Positions 42,180-63,214 of a stretch of DNA of 64,000 bases are shown here, one piece after another. This DNA comes from the human T2T-CHM13v2.0 reference genome, Homo sapiens. The notes under the pieces were generated by a model. The model ran no database searches. It was given only the letters and a program-made list of their open reading frames with translations, and had not been told where the DNA came from. Made by a program: the position numbers and the translations under genes. The stretch's first letter is position 1; each line of letters starts with the position of its first letter. The stretch lies in assembly GCF_009914755.1 (NCBI RefSeq), contig NC_060926.1; one strand, given 5' to 3'.

Positions 42180-43837
42180 TGCTTTTAGCTTGTTAATTTG
42201 TTTAGGTTCCTTACAGATTCTGGATATTGGTCCTTTGTCAGATTCACAGTTTGCAAATATTTTCTCTCATTCTGTGGGTTGTCTATTTACTCTGTTGATC
42301 GTTCTAATGTGTGCAGAAGCTCTTCAGTTAAATTAGGTCCCATTTGTCATTTTTTTTTTTGGTCATTGTTGCAATTGCTTTTGGTGTCTTCATCATGAAA
42401 TCTTTGCCAGGGCATATGTCTAGAATGGTATTCCCTAGGTTTTCTTCAACTTTTTTTAGTTTTAGGTTTTGCATTTAAGTCTTTAATCCGTCTGAATTGA
42501 TTTTTATATATGGTATAAGGAAGGGGTCCAGTTTCAATCTTCTGCATATGGCTAGCCATTTATCCCAGCATCATTTATTGAATAGGGAGTCCTTTCCCCA
42601 TTGCTTTTGTCAACTTTGTCGAAGATTAGACGGTTATAAGTGTGCAGCTTTATTTCTGGGCTCTCTATTCTGTTTCATTGGTCTATGCTTCTGTTTTTGT
42701 ACCAGTACCATGCTGTTTTGGTTACTACAGCCCTGTAGTATAGTTTGAAGTCAGGTAATGTGATGCCTCCAGCTTTGTTCTTTTTGCTTAGGATTGCCTT
42801 GGCTCTTTGGGTTTCCATATGAATTTTAAACATTTTTTCTAATTCTGTTAGAATGTCATTGGTAGTTTGATAGGAATAGCATTGAATTTGTAAATTGCTT
42901 TGGGCAGTACAGCCATTTTAACAATAGATTCTTTCTATCCATGAGCATGGAATGTTTTTCCATTTCTTTGTGTCATCTCTGATTTCTTTGAGCAGTGTTT
43001 TGTAATTCTCAGTGTAGAGATCTTTCACCTCCATGGTTAGCTATATTCCTAGTTATTTTATCTTTTTTGTGACTACTGTAAATGAGACTGCATTCTTGAT
43101 TTGGTACTCAGCTTGGGCATTATTGCTGTGTATAAATGGTACTGATTTTCATACATTGATTTTATATCCAGAAATTTGCTGAAGTTGTTTTATCAGATCT
43201 GGGAGCTTTTGGGAAGAGACTATAGCATTTTTTAGGTATAAAATTATATTGTCTGCAAACAAAGACAGTTTGACTGCCTTTCTTCCTATTTGAATGCCTT
43301 TTCTTTTCCTTGCCTGACTGCTCTGGCTAGGACTTCCAGTACTATATTGAATAGGAGTGGTGAGAGCAGGCATCCTTGTCTTGTTCCAGTTCTCAAGAGA
43401 AATGCTTCCAGATTTTGCAGTTCAGTATGATTTTGCAGGCTGTGAGCTTGTCATAGATGGCTCTTAATATTTTAGGGTATGTTCCTTCAATGCCTAGTTT
43501 GTTCAGGGTTTTTAAAATGAAGTGATGCTGAATTTTATCGAAAGCCTTTTCTGCATCTGTTGAGATGATCATGTGATTTTTGTTTTCAGTTCTGTTCATG
43601 TGATGAACCACATTTATTGATTTGTGTATACTGAACTAACCTTGCAACCCAGGGATAAAGCCTGCCTGATTGTGGTGGATTAGCTTTTTGATGTGCTGTT
43701 GGATTTTCTCTGCTAGTAATTGGTTGAAGATTTTTGCATCTATGTTCATCAAGGATATTGGCCTGAAGTTTTCCTTTCTGTTGTATCTCTGCCAGGTTTT
43801 GGTATCAGGATGATGCTGGCCTCATAGAATGAGTTAG

Positions 43838-44170
<333 letters not shown>

Positions 44171-44707
44171 CCCTCCTCCTCAATTTTCTGGAATAGTTTT
44201 AGTAGGAATGGCGCCAGTTGTTCTTTATGCGTTAGGTAGAATTCAATTGTGAATCCATCTCAACCTGGGCTTTTTCTTGTTGGTAAGCTTTTTATTACTG
44301 ATTCAATTTCAGAACTCATTATTGGTCTGTTCACAATTAGAATTTCTTCCTGGTTTAGTCTTGGGACGTTGTTTCCAGGAATTTATCCATTTCTTCTACG
44401 TTTTCTAGTTTGTGTGCACAGAGGTGTTCATAACAGTTTCTGGCTGGTTTTTGTATTTCTGTGGGGTTGGTGGTAATATTACATTTATCATTTCTGGTTG
44501 TGTTTATTTGGATCTTCTCTTTTTTTCTTTATTAGTTTAGCTAGTGGTCTACCTATCTTATTCTTTCGAAGAACCAACTTCTGGTTTCAATGATATTTTA
44601 TACGTTTTTTTTGTGTGTCTCAATTTCATTCAGTTCAGCTCTGAGTTTGGTTATTTCTTGTCTTCTGCTAGCTTTGGGGTTGGTTTTTCTCTTGTGTGTG
44701 ATGTTAA

Positions 44708-45015
<308 letters not shown>

Positions 45016-45232
45016 GAGATCTAATTTTTTGATGTGGGTGTTTAGCACCATAAATTTCCCTCTCAACACAGAATTTCCCAGAGATTCTGGTATGTTGTAG
45101 CTTTGGTTTCATTAGTTTCAAAGAATTTCTTGATTTTTGCCTTAATTTCATTATTTACCAATAAATCATTCAGGAGCTGGTTAATTTCCATGTAACTGTA
45201 TGGTTTTGAGCAATCTTGGTATTGATTTCTAT

Positions 45233-45522
45233 TATTTATTTATTTGAGACAGGGTATCGCTCGCTCTGTTTCCCAGGCTGGTGTGCAGTGGCATGACCTC
45301 AGCTCACTGCAAACTCCACCTCCCGGGCTCAATTCATCCTCCCACCTCAGCCCCCTAAGCAGCTGAGACTACAGGAACACGTCACCACTAGTGGCTGATT
45401 TTTGTAGAGATGGGGTTCTGCCATGCTGCCCAGGCTGGTCCAGAACTTCTGAGCTCATGCAATCTGCCCGCCTCAGCTTCTCAAAAGTGCTGGGATTACA
45501 AGCATGAGCCCCTGCACCCAGC
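45233..45522 (-). mobile_element. AluJ-like element within L1
   Basis: Diverged Alu with gggctcaa...atcctccc (J-type) diagnostics. Confidence 0.8.
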
Positions 45523-46342
45523 CACTGACTTTTATTTTTACTGTGTTTGGTCTGAGAGTGTGGTTGGCATGATTTCAGTTTTTCTAAATTTGCCGAGAAG
45601 TGTTTAATGGTCAGGAGTGTGGTTGATTTTAGAATATGTGCCATGTACAAATGAGAAGAATGTATATTCTGTTGTTTTGCAGTGGAGAGTTCTGTAGATA
45701 TATGTTAGGTCCATTTGGTCAAGCATCAAGTTCAGGTTCCGAATATTTTAGTTTTCTGCCTTGATGATCTAATACATCAGTGGGGTGTTAAAGTCTCCCA
45801 CTATTATTGTAAAGTTATATAAATCTTTTTGACAGTCTCTAAGAATTTATTAATCTGGGTGCTCCTATGTTGGGTAAATATATATGTAAGATAGTTAAGA
45901 ATTTTCTTGAATTGAATCCTTTATTGTCATGTAATGCCCTCCTTTGTCTTTACTGATCTTTGTTGGTTTAAAGTCTGTTTTGTCTGAAATTAGAGTAGCA
46001 ACTCCTGCTTTTTTCTGTTTTCCATTTGCTTGGTTGATTGTTCTTCATCCCTTTTCTTTGAGCCTATGGGTGTTACTGCATGTGAGGTGGGTCGCTTAAA
46101 GATAGAATACAGTTGGGTCTTGCTTCTTTAATGCAACTTGCCACTGTATGCCTTTTAATTGGGGCATTTAGCCCTTTTACATTCAAGGTTAACACTGATA
46201 TGTGCCCATTTGATCCTGTGATCATGTTGTTAGCTGGTTATTACACACACTTGATTGTGTAGTTGCTACAAAGTGTCAATGGTCTAAGTAACTAATTGTG
46301 TTTCTGTGGTGGCTGGTAATATTCTTTTGTTTCCATGTTTAG

Positions 46343-46656
46343 AAAAATATGAAACCCTTCGGCCAGGTGCCTGTAATCCTACCACTTTGGGAGGCTGAGG
46401 TGGGTGGATCACTTGAGGTCAAGAGTTCAAGCCCAGGAGTTCAAGACCACCCTGGCCAACAGTGTAAAACCTTGTCTCCACTGGATCATGCCACTGCATC
46501 CAGACTGGGCAACAGCGTGAGACCCCGTCTCAAAAAAAAAAAGAAAAGAAAAAGAAAAATATGGAACCCTTCGTGAATCTGTGTCATCCTTGTACTGAGG
46601 CCTTGCTAATCTCTGTATCTTTCCAATTGTAGGGTATCTACTACCAAAGGAGGCAC
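46343..46656 (-). pseudogene. Full-length U6 snRNA retro-pseudogene; 3' end duplicated by an Alu insertion (main copy 46555-46656, junction copy 46343-46360)
   Basis: The + strand aaaaatatggaacccttcgtgaatctgtgtcatccttgtactgaggccttgctaatctctgtatctttccaattgtagggtatctactaccaaaggaggcac aligns end to end with the reverse complement of U6 (AAAAATATGGAACGCTTCACGAATTTGCGTGTCATCCTTGCG...GAGCAC); diverged. Confidence 0.93.
46361..46552 (+). mobile_element. Internally deleted Alu inserted at the U6/L1 junction
   Basis: ggccaggtgcctgtaatc...A-rich tail; 20-bp TSD agaaaaatatg(a/g)aacccttc at 46341-46360 and 46553-46572. Confidence 0.9.
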
Positions 46657-46970
46657 TTGAATATTTTAATCCAAATTATATGAGGAAAAAAAGCTGGAAT
46701 TTCTAATATTTAAACCTAGTTGGCTCTAGTTTAAAGATATAAATACGTACCTCACTTAAACACCATGTAAATAAAATCTAATTTAAGCACAAATCCCTAC
46801 TTGGCAATGATGAACTTCGTTTTAGCATTATATTATCTGTCAAATTCTTTTACATTAAAAAAACACTCCTAAATACAAAGAATACCTAGTAAGTGAAAGA
46901 AAATAAAATATCCTAACCAGGCTATTTTACAGAGATATCGGTTTAAAATAAAGAAAAAGCATATACTTAC

Positions 46971-47018
46971 TTATGGGCTCTGAATGTATAGATAGGTTCT
47001 ACATCAAGAGAAGTGCTC
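46971..47018 (-). CDS. STRN: Striatin coding exon 12 (48 nt, phase 2-2): (K)STSLDVEPIYTFRAH(K)
   Basis: Acceptor tttag|G, donor AA|gtaagt; in frame between exons 11 and 13. Confidence 0.94.
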
Positions 47019-48711
47019 CTAAATCAGAGAGAGATGACTTTACCATTCTAAGTGTCAGTAAACAGTATAATTAAACATATGTCATAAAATTGTCTTTAAA
47101 AATACAAACATTATGGGAATATACCATTCTCAACTACACGATACGTAAGAAAGCTTACTTAACACCAATTATACTTTCATGGCATCAAGAAACAAGATTC
47201 TTGTTTAGTAATAATATCATGTTACAGTATTTTTAGCCCTGTCATAATCTATTTGACTAAAGGGAAAGACAGCTTCATTCAAGAGAAAAAGCATGAGCTT
47301 TGAAGAGATAAATTTCTGAACTCAATTTCCAGTTCTGTCACTAATTGGCTAACTTTAAGCAAATTATTTAATCTTTCTGAACTTCAGATTACTCCGTTTA
47401 AAACAAAACAGAAAAAATGGGAATAACACCAAATAATCACAGGATTAAATAGGATTCTACAATTTAAAAAACACCCCAGGACACAATCATGCACATAGTA
47501 GGATATCAGCAAATGGTACTTTTATTTCCTTGCCTTTCCAATAAGGATAATATGTCTATCCTTCATACTGAAGAGACTGTCCAAATTATCAGTTTATTCA
47601 TTACTCAGAACACCATTATTATAGGTACACTATACCCTAATACTGGCTATGACTTTGATGGAAACTGGATTTAAAGTCACGTACTTACTGTTTTCTACAC
47701 TGTATCGCAGTTACGCATAGACATGTTATCTCACAATGTATAACCAGTAAACTATTTTTCTCTTCTGAAAACACCTAATCTATGTGAAAGTCCATCTGGT
47801 TTTAGCAATATCTGGTTGAGCTATCTGAAGCAGACTGATAAATCAAGTATTTCATCTACCCTATGTATGACACAGCATGAATGACACTGATCTCTCTTAA
47901 GCCAGGCAATAGATTTCCTCCATTGGTAGTAAAATTTTTGTAACCTCCTCTATTTGATGTTAAGTGATGACTCTTATAATAACAAAGTGCCTAATACTGC
48001 AAAAGGGTCTTTGCTGGCAGATGCTGGTTCTTTTTTTTTTTTTTTTTGACATGTGACCCAAAGGAGTGGAGCTCCGATAAGGACCCAAGCAAGTAGAACC
48101 AGATTTAGCTTTGTGACTTTTAAAGGGTTTATACTAACTCATGTCTATCCATGCTTAGACAGGAACTAAAGGGCCAAGGTGAGCACTAGCAGTCATGTTA
48201 GCCTCTGAGTCTAGACATATTGGTGGGTATGGAAAGTACCTAAAGTCTCAAGGCCAAAAGACAAGACCAAGACCCTCCACCCATCCCAGTGAGGCTTTTC
48301 TCTGCTCCATCTCATAAGTCTAAATCTAGTAAACAATGGGGCAAGGTGGAGGTGGACATTTGATTATTTTAAAGATGCATATACCTGTTTACAAGAACAG
48401 TCCAAACCTTCAGTATAGACAAGGGGCTCCCCAAATATAGCAGCCATTTAAAAATACTGTTATGTATAAAGACTGTAATCAGTATTCACAAACCCTGGTG
48501 AAACCAACAGATAATACCATATCTTCCTAAGCATCAGTTTTCTAACCTAGCATTAGGTTGTATAAATGGAAAAACACAATAAATTACATGACATGGAAGA
48601 AAGAACTAGAAGAAATGTTTGGGAAATTTAACAGAAATCATAAAATATGTAGTTTTCTGCTGAAAATGTTACTTAAAATATTCAAATAATGTTAAAGTAG
48701 AATATTCTCAC

Positions 48712-48887
48712 TTTTTGGCTGGGGCTGTTTTCTGTAAATTCCACATTTTTAATGTGTGATCCTCTGATGCTGTTATCAAAACAGGCTCAATGGGATGGAA
48801 AGCAAGGGCTCGGATGCCATCAAAGTGACTTCTCAATGTAAACTTAGGGTTCCATGTCTTCCTCAATGCATCTTTATTGTTTGCTAT
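48712..48887 (-). CDS. STRN: Striatin coding exon 11 (176 nt): IANNKDALRKTWNPKFTLRSHFDGIRALAFHPIEPVLITASEDHTLKMWNLQKTAPAK, first WD40 repeat
   Basis: Acceptor aatag|ATA, donor AA|gtgaga; WD40 pattern SH...W; not shown in the ORF track, read directly. Confidence 0.96.
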
Positions 48888-49608
48888 CTATTAAAGAAAC
48901 AAAACAAAGATATCTACACACTTAGTTAAGGATAGGGGAAAAAACTTGCATTTCAACATTAATTCTTGCTGATGTGTCAATAAATGATCACTTTGCAATT
49001 TTTAAAACAATATAATTTTTATATGTAAATAACCAAACCACGAAGCAAAATTAGCAATAACCCAACACTAGTTTTCTTTGAAGAAATATGAAAGGTGTAT
49101 TACAAAAACAATTAACATAATTCAATATAAAAAGTGAATCAAATTATATAAAATAGATCTTACTAGGATGATAAATAATACCAAGTAATTCAACACAAAT
49201 TATAGTATACAAGTATAATTTTGGGTTAAGAGTTGAAAAACTAAGTTATCTTTAAACCTGCTAACATTTTAAAATGTCATACTTTTGAGATTTTAAATAC
49301 TTTCTAATAGCTAAATTTTCTTCATCAAACTGGAGGCAAAGTTTATAAACTGGAAACATAAAATGTTAAAAATCGAAGAGATAACACAAAGAATGCGTTC
49401 CACTGGTAAAACACATGTTCTTTCCCTCCATGGTAACTCAATCTCAAAAATGAAAAAAAAAAAAAGCACTATTTTTTCATTCCAATTACATAACAGAAAA
49501 GCTAAAGAGGTAGATTATATTTGATTTTACACTAGCACCACAGGGTATGAATTCTTCACACTCCAAGGCTAGCAATCAGACTAAGTTTAAATAAGGGTAG
49601 CAAAAGTA

Positions 49609-50722
49609 CAATCATGTGCCACATAAATACATTTTGGTCAACGATGGACCACATATATGATGCTGGTCCCATAAAATTATAATGAAGCTGAAAAATTCCT
49701 ATAGTAACATCATAGCTGTTTTAATGTTGTAGCACAATACATTACTCACATGTTTGTGGTGATGCTGGTATAAACAAACCTATTTGTGCTGCCAGTAGTA
49801 TTAAAGTCTAGCACATATAATTATGTACAGAACACAATACTGGATAATGATGATAAACTGCTGTTACTGGTTTATGTTATTTATTATAATTTTTATTCTA
49901 CAGTATATTCCTTCTACTTATTTTTTAAAAGTTAACTGTAAAACAGCTTTAGACAGGTTAGAAGGCACTGTTATCACAAAAGATGACAGCTCCATGACTG
50001 TGACTGCCCCTGAAGACCTTCTAGTGGGACAAGATGTGGAGGTAGAAGAGAGTGATACTGATGATCCTGACCCTGTATAGGCCTAGGTTAATATGCGTAT
50101 GTGTATTCATTTTTAACAAAAAAGTTAAAAAGTAAAATAAACATTAAAAATTTTAAAAATAGGAAAAAGCTTATAGAGTAAGGATATAAAGGAAGAGAAT
50201 ATTTTTCTACAGCTATACAATGTGTTTGTGCTTTAAGCTGTGTCAAAATGTTTTTAAAAATTCAGTTTATAAAGTAAAGATTATAGTAAGCAAAGTCTAA
50301 TTTATTACTGAAGAAAATTTTTTATATATAATTTAGCACAGCTTAGGTGTACAGTGTTTACAAAGTCAATGGTAGTGTACAGTAATGTCCTAGACCTTCA
50401 CATTCACTCATCACTCACTCACTGACTCATTCAGAGCAACTTTCAGTCCTGCAAGCTCCATTCGTGATAAGTGTCCTATACAGGTGTACCATTTTAAAAT
50501 CTTTTACACTGTATTTTTACTGGACCTTTTCTATGTTTAGACATGTTTAGATACTTACCATTGTGTTACAGTTGCCTACAGTATAGTAACATGCTGTATA
50601 GATTTGTAAAGCCTATACCATTTAGGCTTGTAACTACACTCTATGATGTTTGCACAACAATGAAATCACCTAATGAACCCATTTCTCAGAATGTATCCCT
50701 ATCATTAAGCAATGTATGACTG
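49609..50722 (+). mobile_element. Tigger3b (MER7B/GOLEM-derived) DNA transposon
   Basis: TIRs caatcatgtg...gtatgactg, TA target duplications at 49607-8 and 50723-4; transposase C-terminal remnant APEDLLVGQDVEVEESDTDDPDPV*. Confidence 0.85.
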
Positions 50723-51230
50723 TACTGGTTAAAGACTGGAGAAATACTACTTATTTACAAAAGACAAAAATACACCAATTCTAACAACAGCTGTTATTTT
50801 GGGCATTATTCATTATTTTGACCATTACTGAAAATACTTTATATGCATTAACTCACTTAGTCCTCAAAATACCTCTATGAAGAAGGAAGTAACAGTATCT
50901 CTACTTTACAGACTAGACACATCAGGAAAAGAGAAGTTAAGTGACTTGCCCAAAGAACCCTGCTAGTAAGTGGAGGGGCCTGGATTCAAACCCAAGCAGT
51001 CTGAATTTAGAAGTTACCCTCAATAAAACATCTGCAGGAAAAAAAATGGATAGAACATGTCAAATTAGGATAATAAGAGAACATAAAATACATCATCCAA
51101 GGAACTACTGTAACTACTGGGGCTGGTTATTCTGGAAGAAGAAAAGCTGAGTTGAATCATGTCTGCTCTTTTTAAGCACCTGAAAGGCTTTCATGTGAAA
51201 GAGCAATCAAATTCCTTCTGAACGTCTTAA

Positions 51231-51735
51231 TGTGGTAGGCAGCCACTAAGATGGCCCCAATCAGCCCCACTTCCTTATAGGTAAACCTTATATAGTTTCC
51301 TCCCCCATTATGGGGTTGGTCTCTTCACCAATAGAATATAGCAGAAGTGACAACAAGTTGTAACATCTTCCATCTTGGGTATTCTTGCTCTCTCTCTTTT
51401 CACATGCACTCACACTGGGGGGAGCCAGCTGCCATGCTGAAAAGCCCATGGAGAGACCTATGTGGTAAGGAACTAAAGTCTCCACCAATAGACAGCAAAG
51501 AACCAAGGCCTCTCAACAACCACAGGAAGAGCTTGAAAGCAGATCCACCCTACAAGTCAAGTCTTCAGGTGATACTGCAGCTCTGGCCAACATCTTGATT
51601 GCAACTACATTGGAGACCCTAAGACAGAATCACCCGGCTAAACTGCTTCTGTATTCCTGACCCACAGAAACTATGAAGATAATAAATGTTTTTTGTTTTA
51701 AGCCGCTAAGTTTTGGCATAATTTGTTACATAGCC
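51231..51735 (+). mobile_element. MLT1F-like MaLR LTR
   Basis: tgtggtaggcagccactaagatggcccc...aagccgctaagttttggcataatttgttacatagc. Confidence 0.75.
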
Positions 51736-51929
51736 ATAGGTTACTGGTATTATTATGAAACCAGGAACTACTTTGGGAAACCGAGCGACAGACCTAACAC
51801 CAAGTTTTCTAACAATTAAAAGCTATGAAAAAAGAATGAGCTTTATCTGGAGAGAGGACTAAGTTCCATTACATACTGGATAAACTCTTTGTGGGGATAG
51901 AATAGAGGGAACAAAAGTATCTAATGGGA

Positions 51930-54800
<2,871 letters not shown>

Positions 54801-54801
54801 A

Positions 54802-56975
<2,174 letters not shown>

Positions 56976-57031
56976 CAAGTTTTTGTTTTTAAAAACCAAG
57001 TAAACACAACAAAAACAAAACTACTACTTAC

Positions 57032-57168
57032 ATCATAAGTTAGTGAGTCTGCTTCATTGGCCACCGTAAGGCCTGCTAGTTCTCCAAGTCCCAGTTCACT
57101 TTCAAGGGCTTCATCTGCTCCCATGATGAATGACTTTCCAGAAGAAGGAGGAAATGTCAATGCTTCCA
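57032..57168 (-). CDS. STRN: Striatin coding exon 10 (137 nt): (V)EALTFPPSSGKSFIMGADEALESELGLGELAGLTVANEADSLTYD
   Basis: Acceptor ttcag|TG, donor GAT|gtaagt; contains the striatin-family LGLGELAGLTV motif. Confidence 0.97.
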
Positions 57169-57867
57169 CTGAAGAGGGAAGACAAAGGAAACATTAAAAA
57201 ATCTCTAAGGAGCCAACATTTAGTCTCATTTGCTTGCATCAAATTTCTTATAAGTGCACGTATATACTTAATTGTTTTTAAATGCTTTTAAACACAATAA
57301 AATTCAGTGAGCAGAAAATCCTAAATAATTTATTGCTTTTTCCATATCTTAACCACAGGTAAAGGCATCAACTAATTAGAAAAGTAAAACATGAAACAAA
57401 TCTAAGAATCCACTGTCCTTTCCTTTTCACTATATAGAAAAATAATGACTATAGGAAAGTAAGTTTTCCTCATTTGATATTTCATGTTAATTACCTAAAC
57501 AATTTCTATTAATTACTAAATATATGTACAAGTGCTGGTCTCATTCAAAATATAATTCATTAATTTTATAACCTAGAAGAATATAGAAAATTTCAAATGA
57601 AAATGGGTCAAATTCTTAAATGTGCCTATTTATGTGACAAAATCTATATGTGGCGTTATAAGTCAGGATTACCTCTGCCGGCCAGAAGAGGGGTAGTGAT
57701 TAAAGAAAGGAAGCAACAACAGGACTTCCAGGGCCCTGGTAATGTTCTACTTGTTGACCTAAGGGGTGGTGACGTGGGAGGGTAATAATTCTATCTTGAT
57801 GACAATTCACTGAGCTGTACCCTTATGATATCAGCACTCTTCTGTAGGTATATTATAGTTCATCTAA

Positions 57868-60571
<2,704 letters not shown>

Positions 60572-61524
60572 CTGCCTTCTGAATTATTAAAATAAAAATA
60601 AAGTAACAAAATTATAGAGCACACACAGCATATGAACATTCTTTCTGAAAGTGGACTGAAGACCAAGAAGTATCAGTTATAGACAATTAAATATACAATC
60701 TATCTCTTAAATGTTTTTTCTATTTCCAAAAAACCTGCACTGAGGGGGAAGGCTTAGGACCACTGCTGCAGATAGTAAGTTAAACAAACATTCAATGCTT
60801 GAGTTTTAAAGTTCCTCACTATGTTTTTTATCAAGGACATCTTCTGTGGCTTACATAATGCTTTTGTACATCTGTCATTTAGTAAATAGTATATATCCTA
60901 CCTCTATTATTAGAATTCTGCATAATTCATGTATGGCCTGAGATGAAATCTGATAAACTTTTTGAATTATGAGAATAAGAGAAAAACTAACTTTTCTCCT
61001 TATCTAGACCTGATTTTGGGATTAATGCAACTGATTAGAAGTCTCATACCTATAATGTCAACAGAATGCATCTCCTAGTGATCAACATACCTACTAAGGA
61101 CCATGACCTCACATCTGTAATTCAAAAGACATCAAATAAACTTTACATCTACAGTGTGATGTGTTGATTCTTTGTATGGGTAATAAATTCCAAGTGCTAT
61201 AATTGACTCTAACAAATGATTAACCATGTACTGGTCAAAAATTTCACTGAAGAAGTATTCCAATCGTGAAAATCTATATACATCTAAATCATATCAGTTT
61301 ATGTCTCTCTAAAATGTAATTTATTAAAAAAAAACAAGAAAAAAACATATGATTATGCTGTGGCTTTTTCTCAGGCTGTGTTGATCAATAAATAATAATT
61401 TGAAGAGACAATGCAAATATAGTATTTAAATTCAGAATTTTTTAAATAAGTATTTAAAAATATACATTAATCATAATTACTTTTATGTCATGCTGAATTT
61501 TCAGCTAATATAAATATTTGATTG

Positions 61525-61995
61525 TTTTAAGAGACAGGGTTTCAGTATGTCACCCAGGCTGGAGTGCAGTAGCTATTCACTGACTCAATCATCACGCACT
61601 ACAGTCTCAAACTCCTGAACTGCGGCTGAGCCCAGTGGCTCATGCCTGTAATCCCAGCACTTTGGGAGGCCGACGCAGTTGGATCACTTGAGCCCAGGAG
61701 TTTGAGATCAGCCTGAACAACATGGCAAAACCATGTCTCCACAAAAAGCATAAAAAAGTTATCTGGGCATGGTGGCATGTGCCTATAGTCCTAGCTACTC
61801 AGGAGGCTGAGGTGGAAGTATCACCTGAGCCTGAGAGGTCAAGGTTGTGGTGAGCTGTGATTGCGCCACTGCACTCTAATCTGAGTGACAGAGTGACAGC
61901 CTGTCTCCAAAAACAAACAAACAAAAAACAAAACAAACCTCCTGGGCTCAAGTGTCCTCCCACCTCAGCCTCCCAAGGAACCACCAGGCTCAGCC
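61525..61995 (-). mobile_element. FAM-like Alu monomer (-) interrupted by an AluJ (61624-61937, +)
   Basis: 7SL-like segment gtgcagtagctattcac...atcatcacgcactacagtctcaaactcctg resumes as cctgggctcaagtg after the AluJ. Confidence 0.7.
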
Positions 61996-62283
61996 TAAAT
62001 ATGTACTTCAAAATCAATTTCCACATACAAGCATTTTACACATTTATAAACAGATAAATCAGACCTTGTGTCTAAAAGAAAGAACTGTATTTATATACCA
62101 TAAGATTACACTGCAAAAGACTAAAAATAACCTAAATATTCAAAAGTTTCATATCAAGTCTACAATATAATATACAATCTTAAAATTATCATTATGAAAA
62201 TCATTTGTATGATTTTAAGAACACAAAATAGAATTATTATACATGATGTAGAATAATGCATATTTTTATATAGGTATATTCTA

Positions 62284-62610
<327 letters not shown>

Positions 62611-63070
62611 AGTATACACATGTGAACCAAGACTGAAAGGGAACAAGTTAAAATAGCAGAATATGTGACTAGACTTTTAGGTGACTTTATCCCCTTTTTC
62701 AATTATCATTAATAAATTGCTTAAATATTTATATGAGTTTCAAAGTAAACATTTACTACCAATTTACAGACTGCTAATTTTTCCAATGTTGGAATGGTAT
62801 ATATAGGGCCATGGGCATCAGTGGAGCCAGCGGATATTTTAAACCAGAATTTAGAGTTGGTTTTTAAGTGTATGCACCTTCTCAAGTCTTGAAGATTGAA
62901 GTTGGAATCAAACTCCCTTGAATGTAAGAAAGCTTGCATTTGGGGAAAACTATGCAGATCAAACATCTGCAGAATAAAGTTCTCTCTAATAGGAGAGGCC
63001 TTTCTAATGAATGAATTTAAAGATATACATCCAAGTGCATATTGTGCTCCAGAGTATCTTAAATACTTAC

Positions 63071-63214
63071 CTTCATCTGCCCTATTAATTTCATGTTCAG
63101 GAAGCCTGGAGCTGCTGGGTCTGGAAGGTGAACCCACAGATGGCTGCAATGAAGGAAGTTCATCAACATCTCTCAAATTAGCAAGCATATCTTGTAGTTT
63201 TGACCTATTGGGCC
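63071..63214 (-). CDS. STRN: Striatin coding exon 9 (144 nt, phase 1-1): (R)PNRSKLQDMLANLRDVDELPSLQPSVGSPSRPSSSRLPEHEINRADE
   Basis: Acceptor ggctag|GG, donor GAAG|gtaagt; peptide recognised as human striatin; frame joins exon 10. Confidence 0.96.

Noticed and set aside
43149-43611. Reverse-transcriptase-like ORFs
   Set aside because: Frameshifted fragments of the dead L1 ORF2.
46555-46656. Possible functional U6 snRNA gene
   Set aside because: Many substitutions and small deletions, no recognisable PSE/TATA arrangement, and fusion to L1; a retro-pseudogene.
49823-50080. 85-aa ORF with acidic C-terminus
   Set aside because: Transposase remnant inside Tigger3b, antisense to STRN; not a host gene.
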